A stretch of 64,000 nucleotides of DNA from Macrostomum hystrix (taxonomy: Eukaryota; Animalia; Platyhelminthes), in contig CATNEN010000011.1 of the NCBI GenBank assembly GCA_950097015.1, positions 620,001-684,000 on the forward strand, given 5' to 3'. Positions 34,144-48,600 of this stretch are shown here, in pieces. The translations under genes and the position numbers were made by a program. The notes beneath the pieces were generated by a model. The model worked only from the letters and a program-made list of their open reading frames with translations. It searched no databases and was not told where the DNA came from. Numbering within the stretch: position 1 is the stretch's first letter; every line of letters begins with the position of its first letter.

Positions 34144-36419
34144 CTAGCTTTTTTTTGCCCGTTGTTTTTGGGGCAGAAATTTAAAGCAAAGCAGTAAGCA
34201 ATTCACGTCTCTGTATTAACTTTATAGTGAAGGTCACCATTTATTTAAGTGAATTTATTTAAGTGAAATGAAAAGTGAAGAGTTTGTTTAAGGGCGTTTT
34301 AAGTAAAAAATAAGTGAAAAGTTTGTCCAAACAGCCCCTCTTGATTACTTCATTAGAAACATGTCTCTTAGCCACTCCTCTATACAGTCAGTGGCAGATC
34401 CAGGAATTTTGTTTTGGGGCGGTCTGTCAGGGGAGCGCCATGAGAATCACAGAGGGGGTGCCAGCGGCCGAAAAAGGGCGCCAGGAGCCAAGAAAGGGCG
34501 CCAGCGGCTGAAAAACGGGAGCCAGCGGCTGAAAAAGGGGCGCCAGCGGCCGAAAAGGGGCGCCAGTGCTGCGACTGGCGCCCCTGGTGGGGGCATCTTA
34601 TTACCATGATTAAAATTTAGGGGGGCGACTGCCCCCCCGCCCCCCCTAAATCTGCCTCTGTATACAGTATGCATGTACACGCGTATACATAAGGAAAATA
34701 GCCATGGCATAACAATAACAATGTCAAAGAAACAAAATTAAACTGTTTCAGAGTTCAGAGTTAGACAGGTCAAGGTCAATTCGTGACTACTTTTCTATTA
34801 ATTGCTTGCGAGTCACCTCAAGGCCTGGGGATACACCATATTCTTCGTTCTTCCCCTTGGTGCGAAAATGAATAGGCCAGCTGGAGTTCCAACACGGGAG
34901 CAGGCGACATAAAGCTGCCCATGCGAGAAGCAAGGAGTCTCCAGGTTGATGCCAGCCACCTTCAGCGACTGTCCCTGAGCCTTGTTAATAGTCATCGCAA
35001 AGCACACTCTCACAGGGAACTGCAGTCGCTTGAACTGAAATGGCAGGTCCATGGGGATAATTGGAATCCGGGAACGAACACAGACTCTCCTCTGCCAGAT
35101 CCAGTCATTATCGTGGCCTCAATCACGTGTGGGAAGAGCCGCCTGACTATCAGTCTGGTGCCGTTACACAGCCTTGGCGCATTCAGGTTGCGGAGGAGCA
35201 TAATTGGTGCCCCAACTTTCAGCTGCAAGTTGTGCGATGGAGTTCCAGGAGGATCTAGAGAGTTCAGAAACTCAACAGGATACTCCACAGCGGTGTCATC
35301 AGTCAACGTTGTATCAATTGACTTGTAGGTGAAAACTGCACCTGGCAACTCCTGAAGCAGTTGGTAGTTAATTTCGTTGGCGGCATCATTTCTAGGACAC
35401 AGAATTGCCCTCTCTGACAGCCAGTCAACGTCAGCATATCGAACCATTAGGTTCGGGTAAACTTTTGCCTTGAGCTCCTGCACTGACTGCACAATGGTTC
35501 CGATTGTAGCGATCGATGACTGCCCATCCTCGGTGCTAATCTCCAGCAGACCATTGCCAATTCGCAATAGATTGGCAGAGAACTCATGAGCTGTTTCGTC
35601 TCCTTGAATTGTAGCTCTCATGTTTTGTTCGTAGGTGCAACTTCACAACCGATGGCCACAGGTGAGATGATTTTAGGCAAGCATTAATCTCATCAGCAGG
35701 AGTGCCACGCGGAATCACAGGCAGCGTCTGTCTAAAGTCTCCAGACAGCAGCAGTGACACCACCCATCAGTTGATCGCCAGCCTCTCTCTTTCTTCTATC
35801 CCAGGCTGGCTGGAGAGAAATATCGACCGGAGAGCCCTGCGCACTGGGACGCCACCGCACTCACCGCACTCAGTCTCAGTGCTGCTTGGGGGCCAGTAGG
35901 GGTCTAGGGGTTTGGGCTGTGTACATTCACGGCTTGAAATGCAATGTACAGTCTGGGGCTTCGGCGCCCGGGGAAGGGAGGGGGTGGCTGTAATAAAATT
36001 TGGCCCGCAGAGTGGCGGAGGGGAGTTGGGGTGGCTGTCCTCGGAAAACAAAAAGTGACTCACTTTGAGATGATGCAGCTTTGCTCTGGATTGAGTAGAG
36101 ATGTTCAAAATTGACAGCATTGTTGGAAAACATGTAAAGTGTAAGTGGATCAAATTTGGAGAAAATCTGACAAAGTGGGGCGACGATATGTCGAATTGAG
36201 TGATTTTTTGACGATTTTTGAGCAGTTTTTTGCACTTTTGAGCAGGAAGGAAATGATTTTTCGGGAATTTGAGTAGCCTATTGCACTCAGCGTAGGTGGT
36301 TTTAGGTATGTGCAAAGTTTGGTGCGATTTGGTTGAGCGGTTTCGGCGTCTATAAAGACAAAAGGTTGCACACAGACAGACAGACAGACAGACAGAGTTT
36401 TCACTTTTATATATATAGA
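34144..36419 (-). mobile_element. Non-autonomous Helitron B carrying the middle and C-terminus of the helicase (frameshifted)
   Basis: Same TC...CTAG termini as Helitron A, in opposite orientation. Fragments SGDFRQTLPV, RAILCPRN, LCNGTRL, QGQSL, VYPQALR. Confidence 0.9.
34389..34660. mobile_element. hAT MITE copy inside Helitron B
   Basis: Same element and same 8-bp TSD context (TATACAGT) as 28624-28895. Confidence 0.88.
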
Positions 36420-36421
36420 TA

Positions 36422-38840
36422 CTAGCTTTTTTTGCCCGTTGTTTTTGGGGCAGAAATTTAAAGCAAAGCAGTAAGCAATTCACGTCTCTGTATTAACTTT
36501 ATAGTGAAGGTCACCATTTATTTATTTACTGCATGAATGAAAAGTGAAGAGTTTGTTTAAGGGCGTACTGGCTCTGACAGCCAGTCAACGTCAGCATATC
36601 GAACCATCAGGTTCGGGTAAACTTTTGCCTTGAGCTCCTGCACTGACTGCACAATGGTTCCGATTGTAGCGATCGATGACTGCCCATTCTCTGTGCTAAT
36701 CTCCAGCAGACCATTGCCGATTCGCAATAGATTGGCAGAGAACTCATGAGCTGTTTCGTCTCCTTGAATTGTAGCTCTCATGTTTGTTCGTAGGTGCAAC
36801 TTCACAACCGATGGCCACAGGTGAGATGATTTTAGGAAAGCATTAATCTCATCAGCAGGAGTGCCTCGCGGAATCACAGGCAGCGTCTGTCTAAAGTCTC
36901 CAGACAGCAGCAGAGTGACACCACCCATCAGTTGATTGCTATTGCGCAGGTCTTTCAAAGTTAAGTTGAGTGCTTCAAATGCCAGTTTGTGGGACATGGT
37001 ACACTCATCCCAGACGATAAGCTTGCAAGCCTGAAGCACTCTGGCAGTGCCTGTGTTTTTCTTGATGTTGCACAGCGGATTCTCCGCTCAAGACAGATCA
37101 AGCGGCAACTTCAGTGCTGAGTGGGCAGTGCGACCGCCTGGCAGCAAGGTGGCTGTAATTCCAGAGGAAGCTACAGCAATGGCAACGTCACCTCGTTGCC
37201 TGACCTTTGCCAGAAGGAGGTTGATTAGAAATTTTTTTCCTGTGCCACCTGGAGCATCAAGAAAAACCATGCCACCAACGTTGTTGTTGACTCTGCGCAA
37301 TAGCTCGCGGTACGCCTCTAGCTGCTCAGGCATGAGTCGGGGCTCATTCTCCTCTATGAACTGTCCCAGCTGCTCCTGGTCATCCAGCTCTTCCAGCAGT
37401 CCCAGTCGCTGACATGCTTCATGAAAAGTTTGGCAGGTATGGCCTTCCACCGTTCTAATGTGTCTAAATGACGTCGGACCAATCACGGTGTGTAGCAGGT
37501 AGTAGCATTCACTGTGGTTTGGGTGCACCGTGTACTCTGGCTAATGCATCAGTCTGTCGTATTTCAGGATGGCCTGGAACTGCAGCGCCTTGAACCCGCC
37601 GCTTCCATCCTTTCGAAGAGGCGTTCCATGTGTAATAGGCAGGCACCTGGTGGTACAGCAAAGTCCTGGCAAAGGGGTCTTCAGCGCACAACTTGAAGAA
37701 AGCAGTAAGAGTAGTGTCCTGTGGCCTTTGAGCACGCTGCTGGATGTTCTCCTCCGTAAAGTATACTCTCTGACCGTTTTCCAGGTGCACACTGAGGTGC
37801 ATGACAGTTGGGTGGCGTTCATGAATAGAGAATCCGAAGATTCGCCACATTGCCTCGTTAGAGCTGATACCTTCCGCTCTTGAAGCGATTGACTTCGTCA
37901 AATTCGTTTACTATGCCTCCAGGTCCCTCAATGTTGAACACTGCTTGGTCGCTACCCTTGTTCACGTACTTGCAAATGTACTTGATTGATTTAACAGAGT
38001 TGCAGTACTCAACGTTGATGTGTGGATTGAACACCTTGGACAGTAGCGGGCAGTAGGGAACGACCCATCTGTTGTCCAGATCGATCTCTTCATTCCCATG
38101 GCTGCATAGAATAATGCGAGTGGTAAAGCCGCCATCCTCACGTGATCTCCGTCGATACAGCGGATAACCGTCTTGTATTTTAGCAAAGCACTGTACGCCA
38201 GCCTCTCTCTTTCTTCTATCCCAGGCTGGCTGGAGAGAAATATTGACCGGAGAGCCCTGCGCACTGGGACGCCACCGCACTCACCGCACTCAGTCTCAGT
38301 GCTGCTTGGGGGCCAGTAGACAGTCTAGGGGTTTGGGCTGTGTACATTCACGGCTTGAAATGCAATGTACAGTCTGGGGCTTCGGCGCCCGGGGAAGGGA
38401 GGGGGTGGCTGTATTAAAATTTGGCCCGCAGAGTGGCGGAGGGGAGTTGGGGTGGCTGTCCTCGGAAAACAAAAAGTGACTCACTTTGAGATGATGCAGC
38501 TTTGCTCTGGATTGAGTAGAGATGTTCAAAATTGACAGCATTGTTGGAAAACATGTAAAGTGTAAGTGGATCAAATTTGGAGAAAATCTGACAAAGTGGG
38601 GCGACGATATGTCGAATTGAGTGATTTTTTGACGATTTTTGAGCAGTTTTTTGCACTTTTGAGCAGGAAGGAAATGATTTTTCGGGAATTTGAGTAGCCT
38701 ATTGCACTCAGCGTAGGTGGTTTTAGGTATGTGCAAAGTTTGGTGCGATTTGGTTGAGCGGTTTCGGCGTCTATAAAGACAAAAGGTTGCACACAGACAG
38801 ACAGACAGACAGACAGAGTTTTCACTTTTATATATATAGA
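36422..38840 (-). mobile_element. Non-autonomous Helitron C carrying the Rep C-terminus and helicase N-terminal/middle fragments
   Basis: TC 5' end at 38840, CTAG at 36422-36425. DNRWVVPY, HINVEYC, KSIKYICKYVNKG (Rep tyrosines), EAMWRIFGF, FLDAPGGTGK (Walker A), GRTAHS, IVWDECTM, GDFRQTLP. Confidence 0.92.
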
Positions 38841-39622
38841 TAAAAGTTATTTATTTATATTTTATATTTAATATAAAAATTCACTATCAAAGCATAGTGA
38901 CAAACAAATTAAAACTGTAATGATAAATCATTATTTTTTTATCAAACTATGTAGCAAGGTCTAGAAACATATGGTAGCTCTAGTCTGTTTGCTATGAAGC
39001 ACAATAATATCACTTACACAAAATAGTCAACATGATTAATTTTTGTATGATTTTTAAACCAAAAACAGATTTGTCTTTTTTAATGTAAAAAAGAGATTGT
39101 ACAAAGTTAATGTGCATACTATGAGCTTTAAGCTATTATAGCTAATTACAGGCAACAAACTTTAGGTATTAGGTCACATTAGGTATTAGTTATATAATAA
39201 ACAGTAATAACTTTTTAGTAATAAAAATAGCACTAACTATTAAATTCAGTATTTAACCAATCACAGCTATTGTGTATAATGTATTAAATAACAATTCAAA
39301 ATTAAAATGTATAAATTATTCTAAATTATATATATCTGGAATACTTTATTTGATTATATTTTAAATTGTATTATATATCATATACTCGTATATATCTACT
39401 ATGATTTAATATATATGTATATATGTATGTGACTTAGCTACAGTGAACGTTTTTGTTGTTATGTGCACAGTTTTTGGATTCCAGAAATTTGAGTCCTATA
39501 ATGTCATCATCGTCTATTTATTATAAGAAGCTGCTTCAAGACTTGAGTGAGTTATTATTGTTTTTTCAATCGATTCAGTCTGTTTTATGTTCTTGCATGT
39601 AACCTTGACCCTTGTTGTGCAG

Positions 39623-42600
39623 AATCTAGGATCCAAAGCCATTATTTAGCATATTCGCAACTGTTCCCAATCCCAACCCACTCACTGTCAGAGCAATCTC
39701 AACTGGATCGCATTCGTTTCGCCGCCTACCGCACCGCCATGAAGCTTCGCTTCATTCAGCGTCGAGTAAGTCTTCACCTGGTTGACCTGTACACCCTGAT
39801 CGAGTGCTTCCGCTTGGCGCACTTTCATGTGCTAGAATTCGACTCAGAAGTCAGCCCGGAACAGCTCGAACAGCTGTTGTGCACACTCTACGATCAGCTA
39901 AATAAGCGATTGGGTTTGGCCAATTCTGTAGAGGTCGCTGGTGCTCATGACAACTATCTGCAGGAGCTGGCTGGCATGCTGCACGCCTGGCTGTTTGCCA
40001 GATGTCAATTCGGCTTCGGCCAGAGAATGACAGCTCTAGGCGTCAAGGTGGCATTGTCGATTCTGTGCAACGGCAAACCCATGGACAAACTGCGCTATCA
40101 CTTTACTCTGCTGTGCGATCCGGTCACGGGTGTGCTAGACCGATCCAAAGCCCAAGCTTACCTGGTTGAACTCCTCTCACTGCCAGCTGGCGTTTTTGAA
40201 CAGAACAATTTCTATTACCAGCCTGAGACTTGCTGCTTCTTGTCGCAGTGCGCCGGCTTGTTGCACTTTCTTGAGATTCTCCTGGCTGAAGATGCCGCGC
40301 CGCAGCCTCTGCTCTGGTTGACAACATTTCACCGGCTGCAGACAACGGCCAGTCACCCGGTTCGCTGCTCCGTGTGCGGCCAGGAGCCCATTTTGGGATT
40401 TCGCTACAAATGCCAGCAATGCGTGGGATCATTTAATCTGTGCCAGGAATGCTTCTGGACTGGCGCCACCGCTGGCAGTCACACTTTGAATCACGAGGTC
40501 AAGGAGTACACTAGCTGGGTGAGCACTCTGGCTTTTTGCCATTCCTATCTGTTATTCCAAGTCGTCAGATTAATAATTAAATCCTTTATCATCAGATTTG
40601 TAATCCTATCAATACTACCAATATAACTTATCCCATCCGAGATCTCAAGATTAGGGACCACTCTAAATTTCGTAGAGTTATTGATCAAAGCGTTAATCCT
40701 AGGAGTAGGATTACGGATCCCACTCTGAAGCATAAGATTACTTATGCCATCCATAATCCTAAGATAATCGATCCCAAGATTAGCTATCCCATTCATAATC
40801 CTAAGATAATCGATCCCGAGATTAGCTATCCCATTCATAATCCTAAGATAATCGATCCCGAGATTAGCTATCCCATCTATAATCCTAAGATAATCGATCC
40901 CAAGATTAGCTATCCCATTCATAATCCTAAGATAATCGATCCCAAGATTAGCTATCCCATTCATAATCCTAAGATAATCGATCCCGAGATTAGCTATCCC
41001 ATCTATAATCCTAAGATAATCGATCCCAAGATTAGCTATCCCATTCATAATCCTAAGATAATCGATCCCAAGATTAGCTATCCCATTCATAATCCTAAGA
41101 TAATCGATCCCAAGATTAGCTATCCCATCCATAATCCTAAGATAATCGATCCCGAGATTAGCTATCCCATCCATAATGGATAGATATAGATAGAACTTGG
41201 ACAATCTAAGCTGGGCCATGAACATTAAACAAAAGGGAGGGGCTGGCCCGCTATAGCCCTCCTTTAAGCCACAGACACTCAGGCTGAGAGAACCCCCCTC
41301 CCCCTCGATTTTTATCGATCGGGCGGCACAGCATCCCTGCAAGCCATCCCTGAATTTCATATTCATACTTCATCAGATAATTAAACTTTCCAAGACTAAA
41401 GCACCGTATTCATTTCAATGCTGGGCACACAGTTTATATGCGAAACTTACATGCGATTACTTAACCATTTTAGCACATTTTTCACTCAAGGTTGTATTTA
41501 TTTGTGGGATGAAAAAAAATCACGTTTTATAAATGAAAATCAATACTGTACATCTGAAATGTGATGCACAGCTTCAAGTGACATGTCATTGTCTTGGAAA
41601 CATCTAGACGCATCTATTGAAACCATTTTCAATGACATTGGGGCAAAGAACAACATTTTATTAGAGTAAACTCGAAAATGCTGTTTCTCTTAAAAGTACT
41701 GCATCGTGTACTGACGCTCAATCAATGTTCACAGGCAGGCATGGATGCACTCCTTTTGAAGAGGGCTCTAAATGCTATCCAACGACACCAAACTTGATTC
41801 GAGAAATTGCACTACTAAAATCTTATGAGTAAATCTTATGAGAAATTGGCATAAGCCCCGGGTGTCAAAATTGCTGCAATGTGCCTTCTATTTCGAAAAA
41901 TCGAATTTTCCAACACTAATGCAGCTGCTCATCGGATGCGGCATAGTATTGGGTACATTTCGTCTCTACATCAAAAGAATTCGGAAGACCGTTTTTACAA
42001 AATTTACCTTTAAAGTTCGAAAAATAGCATGATTTATTCAATTTCTACGAAAACAACACGTTTTCCATTTCTAACTGCAAATCAAGATTTAGCATCTTGA
42101 ATGTGACGCTGACTCTAAGTTGACATGCCATTCTCTTTCAAACATCCACATGCGTCTATTGACACCATTTTGAGCTCAATGCGACAAAGTGCACTATCGT
42201 AGAGGCAGAAATAGCAAACTTTTTCTCACACGTACACCTGTACAGGTACATATTTTAGTAAAGATGGCCAACTACTGAATGTGTGTACACGAGTCTAGTA
42301 TCAAATGAAAGATGGTCCTAAATGCAATTCAGCAAAGGTAAGCGCAGCACCAACGGATGCAGCAATCAAAAGTTATGACTGATCCCGTTTTGCATGTTTT
42401 AGCCCCCCCGGGGGTCAAAATTTGGGATTTTCGCATCCACCAACGGGGCAAGTGGATGCTTAGAAAATTCAATATATACATTTTGTGCGCACATCTGTTG
42501 GGCTTCTGAAAACTGAAGCCGCATTCGAATCGCACACCAAATACGTTCTGGCCATGCAGTTTTGTACCTCAAGAAATGACTAAAAATGACCAAAATCACG

Positions 42601-45600
42601 TTTTTGGGATTTAATTACCCACATCTTCGGTAAACAACAACCAATCAGTCTGGAACCAACATTGTCGTATAGGCGACACCCAAGAAAGTTGGTTGACATG
42701 TGTTGAAATGCAATTTAAGTCACGTGTCTGTGTCATAGAGGCGTCTAAAGTGCACCCTGTACTAAAAGTACTTTAAAAGTGCACTTTTATCAATCACAAA
42801 AGTACACCGTCAAAAAATTTCTCCACCATCCAGTAGGCCCATGTGTTGGGGTTATGACTTAGCAAGTCAAAGTTTAAAAACATGCACATTTTTTCAACCT
42901 CAAAAACCAGTTTTTTGACCCTTTGACCCAGAAGATGGATCAGCAAGAAAAAATCCATATCAAATCATTGTAGGCTTCTATAGCCCGCATCGACTGGATA
43001 GAGTCACTTGGCGACACCATAAAATGCCGAGAAAAGTGCCGAGAGACAAACTTTTGTCATGTCCAAAAATATCATGTTTTTGGTTGCCATGGCAACCAAA
43101 GCGCGTTGCCATGGCAACGCTTTTCACTTCAGTACATAGACCTGAGTGTTTTACATGTTTTGCAAAAAACCGCATCCAAATCGGTTCAACTGGACAAAAG
43201 CGGCAATCGTTAAAAGTTGAAAAACGTGCTTTCCTATCCCGACACGTTGGTTACGTCTTATCAAGATGAGATATCGCATCCGTAATGACCAAGAGAATGC
43301 CTCGCTAATGCTGGGCTTCCTCTTGGCCATTACTGGCTCACTCATCCCAACTAGTTGATTTCACCGCGAACTTTATTCTTTTCCTTATATGATGCCTTGT
43401 CAAACAGCTGGCTTCAGTAGCCTCAGTGTTTGCTTTTCTCCCTCACCCCATCTCTTTTCCAGTGTTCTCATTGTGGCTAGCTTTTCATCAGTTCAGTGGT
43501 TGCAGGATTATAGCAGTTCTCTTAGTGTGCTATAGTGTGCGCCCAACTTACATTATAAATCTCCCTTTAAATTCCGCTTAGAGAAGAGAAAAAGTGCACT
43601 TTTTTTATTTGAAATTCGAAATGCAACATGATTCTACTCTTAGTAGGCTTATTTGCGTATTATCAAATGTTGTGCGCGATATTTCGAGCGATAGCCAAAT
43701 TAAACTGTAAGTTGGCTCTGTGCTACGAGGTGTTATTAAAATGCTAAACTGGAGTGATTTTCGCTATTTTAGACTTGTCACGAAGCAAAAGTCATTTAAA
43801 CACTGATAACATTTATAAGTGTTATATTGTCGATTCTTGTCGAATAACCTTGAATTTTTGTCCTCAGAAAACTCATTTCTTAAGTGCTGTTTTCGATTGT
43901 CATGTCGATTGCTTATATATTTTGAAAAATACAGAATAAGAAAAAGAAAAAATTATAAATGATATACCCCCGTGGTCTCTACTGATAAGATTCTGAGATT
44001 GACATGTGTGCATAGCGTAGATGATATTGGATTTCCGCATTTCTAAAACACACCAAACCCACTGTCTAGCTATTCATGACACTTGCGACACGCAATCCTG
44101 TTATCTCTGTCCATTTTGAGGTCTTGTCTTTGAATTAAAACATTCTATACGACTTGGCGAAAAACTCGGCTTAGCTTGGCATGCAATTCTGTCGCTGTCC
44201 ATCTGTACAGAAGAAGGCGAATACCCTGCATATATGGAATCGAAGTTTGCTAGAAATCCCTATGTACGAGATGGAAGGCAGGCAGATCTATATCCTATGC
44301 CGGAAATTTTTTTGTTTTGTGTGTGCGTGGGTCCACTTTATTATTTAGCAGAATTGGGGTTGGGTAGGCGTTGGGGTAGACTTTTAGGGGTACTGTGCAC
44401 ATCTAAGGGTGGTGGAGTGATGCGGATGTAAGACGATTCGTGATTTTTTCGGCTTACAAATCCTAAGTCCCTCACTAAAGACAACCCAACAGTGTGGCTG
44501 CTGGCTATCCCCCATATTTTTTCCAAGAAGCACGCTTGTCTTTCTTTCCTCTGCGTTTCAGGTGGGCGAATTGCACCAGGCATGTGCATAGCACAGGTAT
44601 ATATATAAATATACATAAGGCTTTCAACTGGACTAGCCTAACGTTCATTTCTTTGAAGCTTACGAATCAGTTAGTTTTCCTAATCTTCCTAATTACGACC
44701 GATTATAGTGGTATAATAATAGCGATTGCTTCTGATTTTTGATCTTCAAAAACTAGCATAACTAGAAGATTAAATGCCTAAGAAGCAGGGCGATAAGACT
44801 GACTCAGTGAAGGCTGCGGTCACTGAGTCCTCTGTCTGTCCTCGTTGTTTAAAGACTAGACCACCAATGATTCCTAGTACGCACAACTTAGCCGCTTCAA
44901 AGCAGCAGCAGCAGCAGCAGCAGACCAAGGATCAAAGGCGTCAGTTAGTCAGACGATCTGAAAGCTTTACATCGCGTCTAACGTCATTTTTGTTGCCTGG
45001 TGTGAGTTGAGACCGTTAGAAGCTTTTGACTGGTCATGCATATATAATTTATTATAGTTTCATAATAGTTCTTTATTAATAATGATAATACAAATATTTG
45101 CGGCAGGGCTGTGGACACTGGCACATTATTTTTCGACACTAGACATCGCCAGCGGGAGGCAATTCTGCCCATTTTACTGACTTCTGAGCACACACGCACA
45201 CAGACATTGTACACAGACTCTCACTTATACAGATGCGTACATCTGCCCTGACTTTCTCATCGTCAGGCAGTGTACACTTGTGATTGAAGGCCTTGGAGGT
45301 TGGCCCTCAAGGGCGTAATTTGCACGACAAGCCCACAAGCCTTTTCTCACCAAATGAATGTGGCCTCGCCGCGGAATCGAGCTCAGGGACCTTGGTGCAC
45401 CCAATAGAATTTAACAACAGTAATGAATCAGTCTAGACGTACAGCCCAAAGATAAATGCGATGCAAATCAGTCCTGACACACTGCAACTAGTGAACAGCT
45501 CGTATCTCATTGCAGTGGATTATTCTAGTCAAATTTCCTTTTTTATATAGTCTGATACTGATCTAGGCATTGGCTGGCTTGTCGGAATAATAAAAACTGT

Positions 45601-48600
45601 ACTAATTAGTTGCTAAAACTATTATGGCATTGAAGTGTACTTCTTTAATAGTAAAAAGAGCACGATATTTTCTCCCCTCGGGAAAGACCGCAAGTGTATT
45701 TCAAATACCCACTGCCTGCTTCACGAAAGCTCCCGAAACAAGTCACAGATTTTCGTGAAAGTCCACCAAATAGATCAAACTTTCCGCGCTTCACGATCAA
45801 CTAACTTTTGAAGCCTACCGAGTCCCGACGTCAGCATCGTCGTGATATTCAGCGTTTCTTATCGAAAACCCTAGTGACAAGGACAACAAACATTTGCTCT
45901 CTAAAATACAATAATTAACAATAGAATCATATTGTCTGCTGCTTTTTGCCTCAAGACACCCCGACGAGAATGGTTGAAGTCTTGCTTCATCGGATAAAGT
46001 GGAAAAATTAGTCCGTGTTTTTGATTTTCAAAGCGATTGGTTGAATATTTTAGGAGATACAGAAAACTAAATGGGTTTGTGAAATACCCCCCGTGGTCTC
46101 TCTATCGTCAATAGTAGATTGTACCAATTTGTCATATCCGATTTCAGTGTAAGCCATCCACGCTCCTGTCCGAATGAGCACTACTTACTCGTACGCGTAT
46201 AGTTCACGCTATATATGCTTCCTAGAGTGAGTTTATTTATTTCGACTCCACTTGGAAGCTGACAATTTGGACTAGGGGCTTATGCAATTTTCTCCACGAA
46301 AAATTTCGTGACGAAACGCATGCAGAAATTATTCATTTTTTCTATCCTTACCAACGTTCTCGTCTGACTATTTTACTACGAGCGTAAGTTTTTCTCATTT
46401 GCTATTCTCTCCCCTTTCAATCTTCCCATCCCTGTCTCCTTTTTAATCTTCCCTATTCTTTTCTCCCTATTTAATCTCCCGAATATTTTTCTCACTGTTC
46501 AATCTTCCCCATCCCTTTTTCCTATTCGCATTTCCCCATTCCTTACATGCTTTCTCTTCTTGATTGATGTAGGCTTTACTGCGAAAGTTTCATATTTTTT
46601 TCGATTTATCAAGTCAGCAAAAGCTTCGTTAAATAGTCGAGTTATGTTTTTCTTCACTGTCGAAATCGGAATTAAAAATCGCATTCCCTTTCGTATATGT
46701 TTTACGATTCGCTTTTAATTTCCTGCTTTTTTAGGAAATAAGTTTCTTATAGTATTTTTTAAGCCGTATGATTTTCTCGTCAGTTTATCTCGCCAACGAG
46801 AGCCGACATTGTTTGGTATTCCACTGCACTTTCGCGCCTTAGTTGTATTATTTAGTCGTTAAATCTTAAGCCGCAGCAGCTTTTCTTCCCCGTTTCGCCC
46901 CGCCTAATATCTCATATCCCTGCCCTTCTAGAGGAAAATCCCCATAAATAGGCTTATATGCGAAGTAGTCAGACAAATATGACTATGTTACGAGGCTGGG
47001 CTCCGAAGCAGTTCACTTTATTTGTTGCTTCTGGATGAATTTGTTGCTGATTGCCGATATGTATCGAAAATGGAAATTATGTGTAAATTACACTTACATC
47101 CGTTAGTTTAGGATATGTATAGAAATCAGAACTTAGGTGTATGTTATAGTTGTGTGAATTAGTCGCCGATATGTATCGAAATGTAAAAATTATGGTGTAG
47201 AATATAGGCCTGTAATTGATTTGACGAGTTAATATGGTGTATATTTTAGTTGTATTAATCAGGTGCCGTTAGCGTTACGTATAAAAAACTCAAGTGTAGC
47301 TTCTATTGTTGCTTTGCTAAGTTGCCGATATGTATCGAAATTATTATACATCACTTGGTTCAAAGAAATCGAAGTGCAGCAATGATGGATTGCCGTTGAA
47401 TTGAAGAAGCGAATTCCCATCAGCGCCCTGTTTACTTGTAGAGTATCGATTTCATTCCGTGTTGGGTCGGGCATTTACTGGGCCCACATGTGTAGATAGA
47501 TTTGTCCAAGTGTAAGCGCTGTGCATTCACAGCAGCCTGCTATGACATATGCACAGTGGGCCCGGTTTATTAAGGTTTCTGGCCTATTTCCTTAATTTCG
47601 CTTCAATTTTCTCCCATTTACTGTTCCCCTCTAGCAGTCAGGCTCACCTCGCCTTCCTCTTCCGTCCCTTCGGTGGCCAACGGGAATAGGGGATATTAGA
47701 GTTTTATTTCATAGGATAGGTTGCCCTGGCGTTTCTGGCCAAACTGTAAACTGATGAGAAATGTGAAGGGCAAATATGGGATAAAAGCTATATATTCTCT
47801 TCCCAACCCCCTGGGAAAGGGGAATGCCTAGTCCGTTAGTCTCCTCTCTATCTTCTCCGTCTGTTTTCCTATTTCCTCTTCAAATTCGCCCGACATAAAG
47901 GAGCTTGTGGGGAGCTTAAGTCGATGAATAATTTGGATGTTAAAGTGAAACGGGCGGATGATGGACAGGTTTGGTAAGGATGTAAAAACCATGTCGTAAT
48001 TAATGACTCGGTGTTGATGCGCGCTCGTCTCTCGATTCCATCACCGCTCGACAGGGGTGGCAATTTTTGTGTGTTTTGCTTAAGCCGAGTTCATCATTGA
48101 ATAGAATTAATGCGTGTGTAGTAATTTTGTGGTGATTTTTTTTCTTCTCAGATTTTTTCTATGTACTTTTAATACGTCTAGAAATATTGGATAAAATAGT
48201 GAATATATTTAACTGATAAATTCGATGCAGTTGTATCAGTTTCTAGGAAACCAGGGCTTTTTGTGTGGAATCTGTGGCTTAAATTTTCTAAGAAATATGT
48301 TCATGTTTTGATCCCTTTAAAATAAGAACTCGTACTTTTAAATTCTCTTTAGGGAATTTAGGATAATTTAGCCTTTTTCTTGGAATCAGGAAACTAAATC
48401 ATTAATCTAACCCGACTAAGAACTCTTAGTTTCTCTTCTCTCTTCTAGAAGCAGCCGGGCAAGCAGTCCAGCCTGGCTGCCACTCTGCGCCGCGGCTTTC
48501 ATGCCGGTGCCGCAACCTCGTCGATGTCGCTGCAGTCAGGAGCCGGAGGTGTTGGCCGGGGTCGGCACTTCAGCGGCCAGCCGACAGCGACGGCGTCGAC

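Noticed and set aside
40545-41366. 273-aa ORF with (IMNGIANLGIDYLR)n, superficially LRR-like
   Set aside because: It arises from a 42-bp (multiple of 3) minisatellite lacking a stop in one frame, lies antisense in a dystrobrevin intron, and has non-coding-looking flanks.
41461-43790. piggyBac-like element suggested by TTAACC at 41461
   Set aside because: No matching inverted end or second TTAA TSD was found, and there is no transposase.
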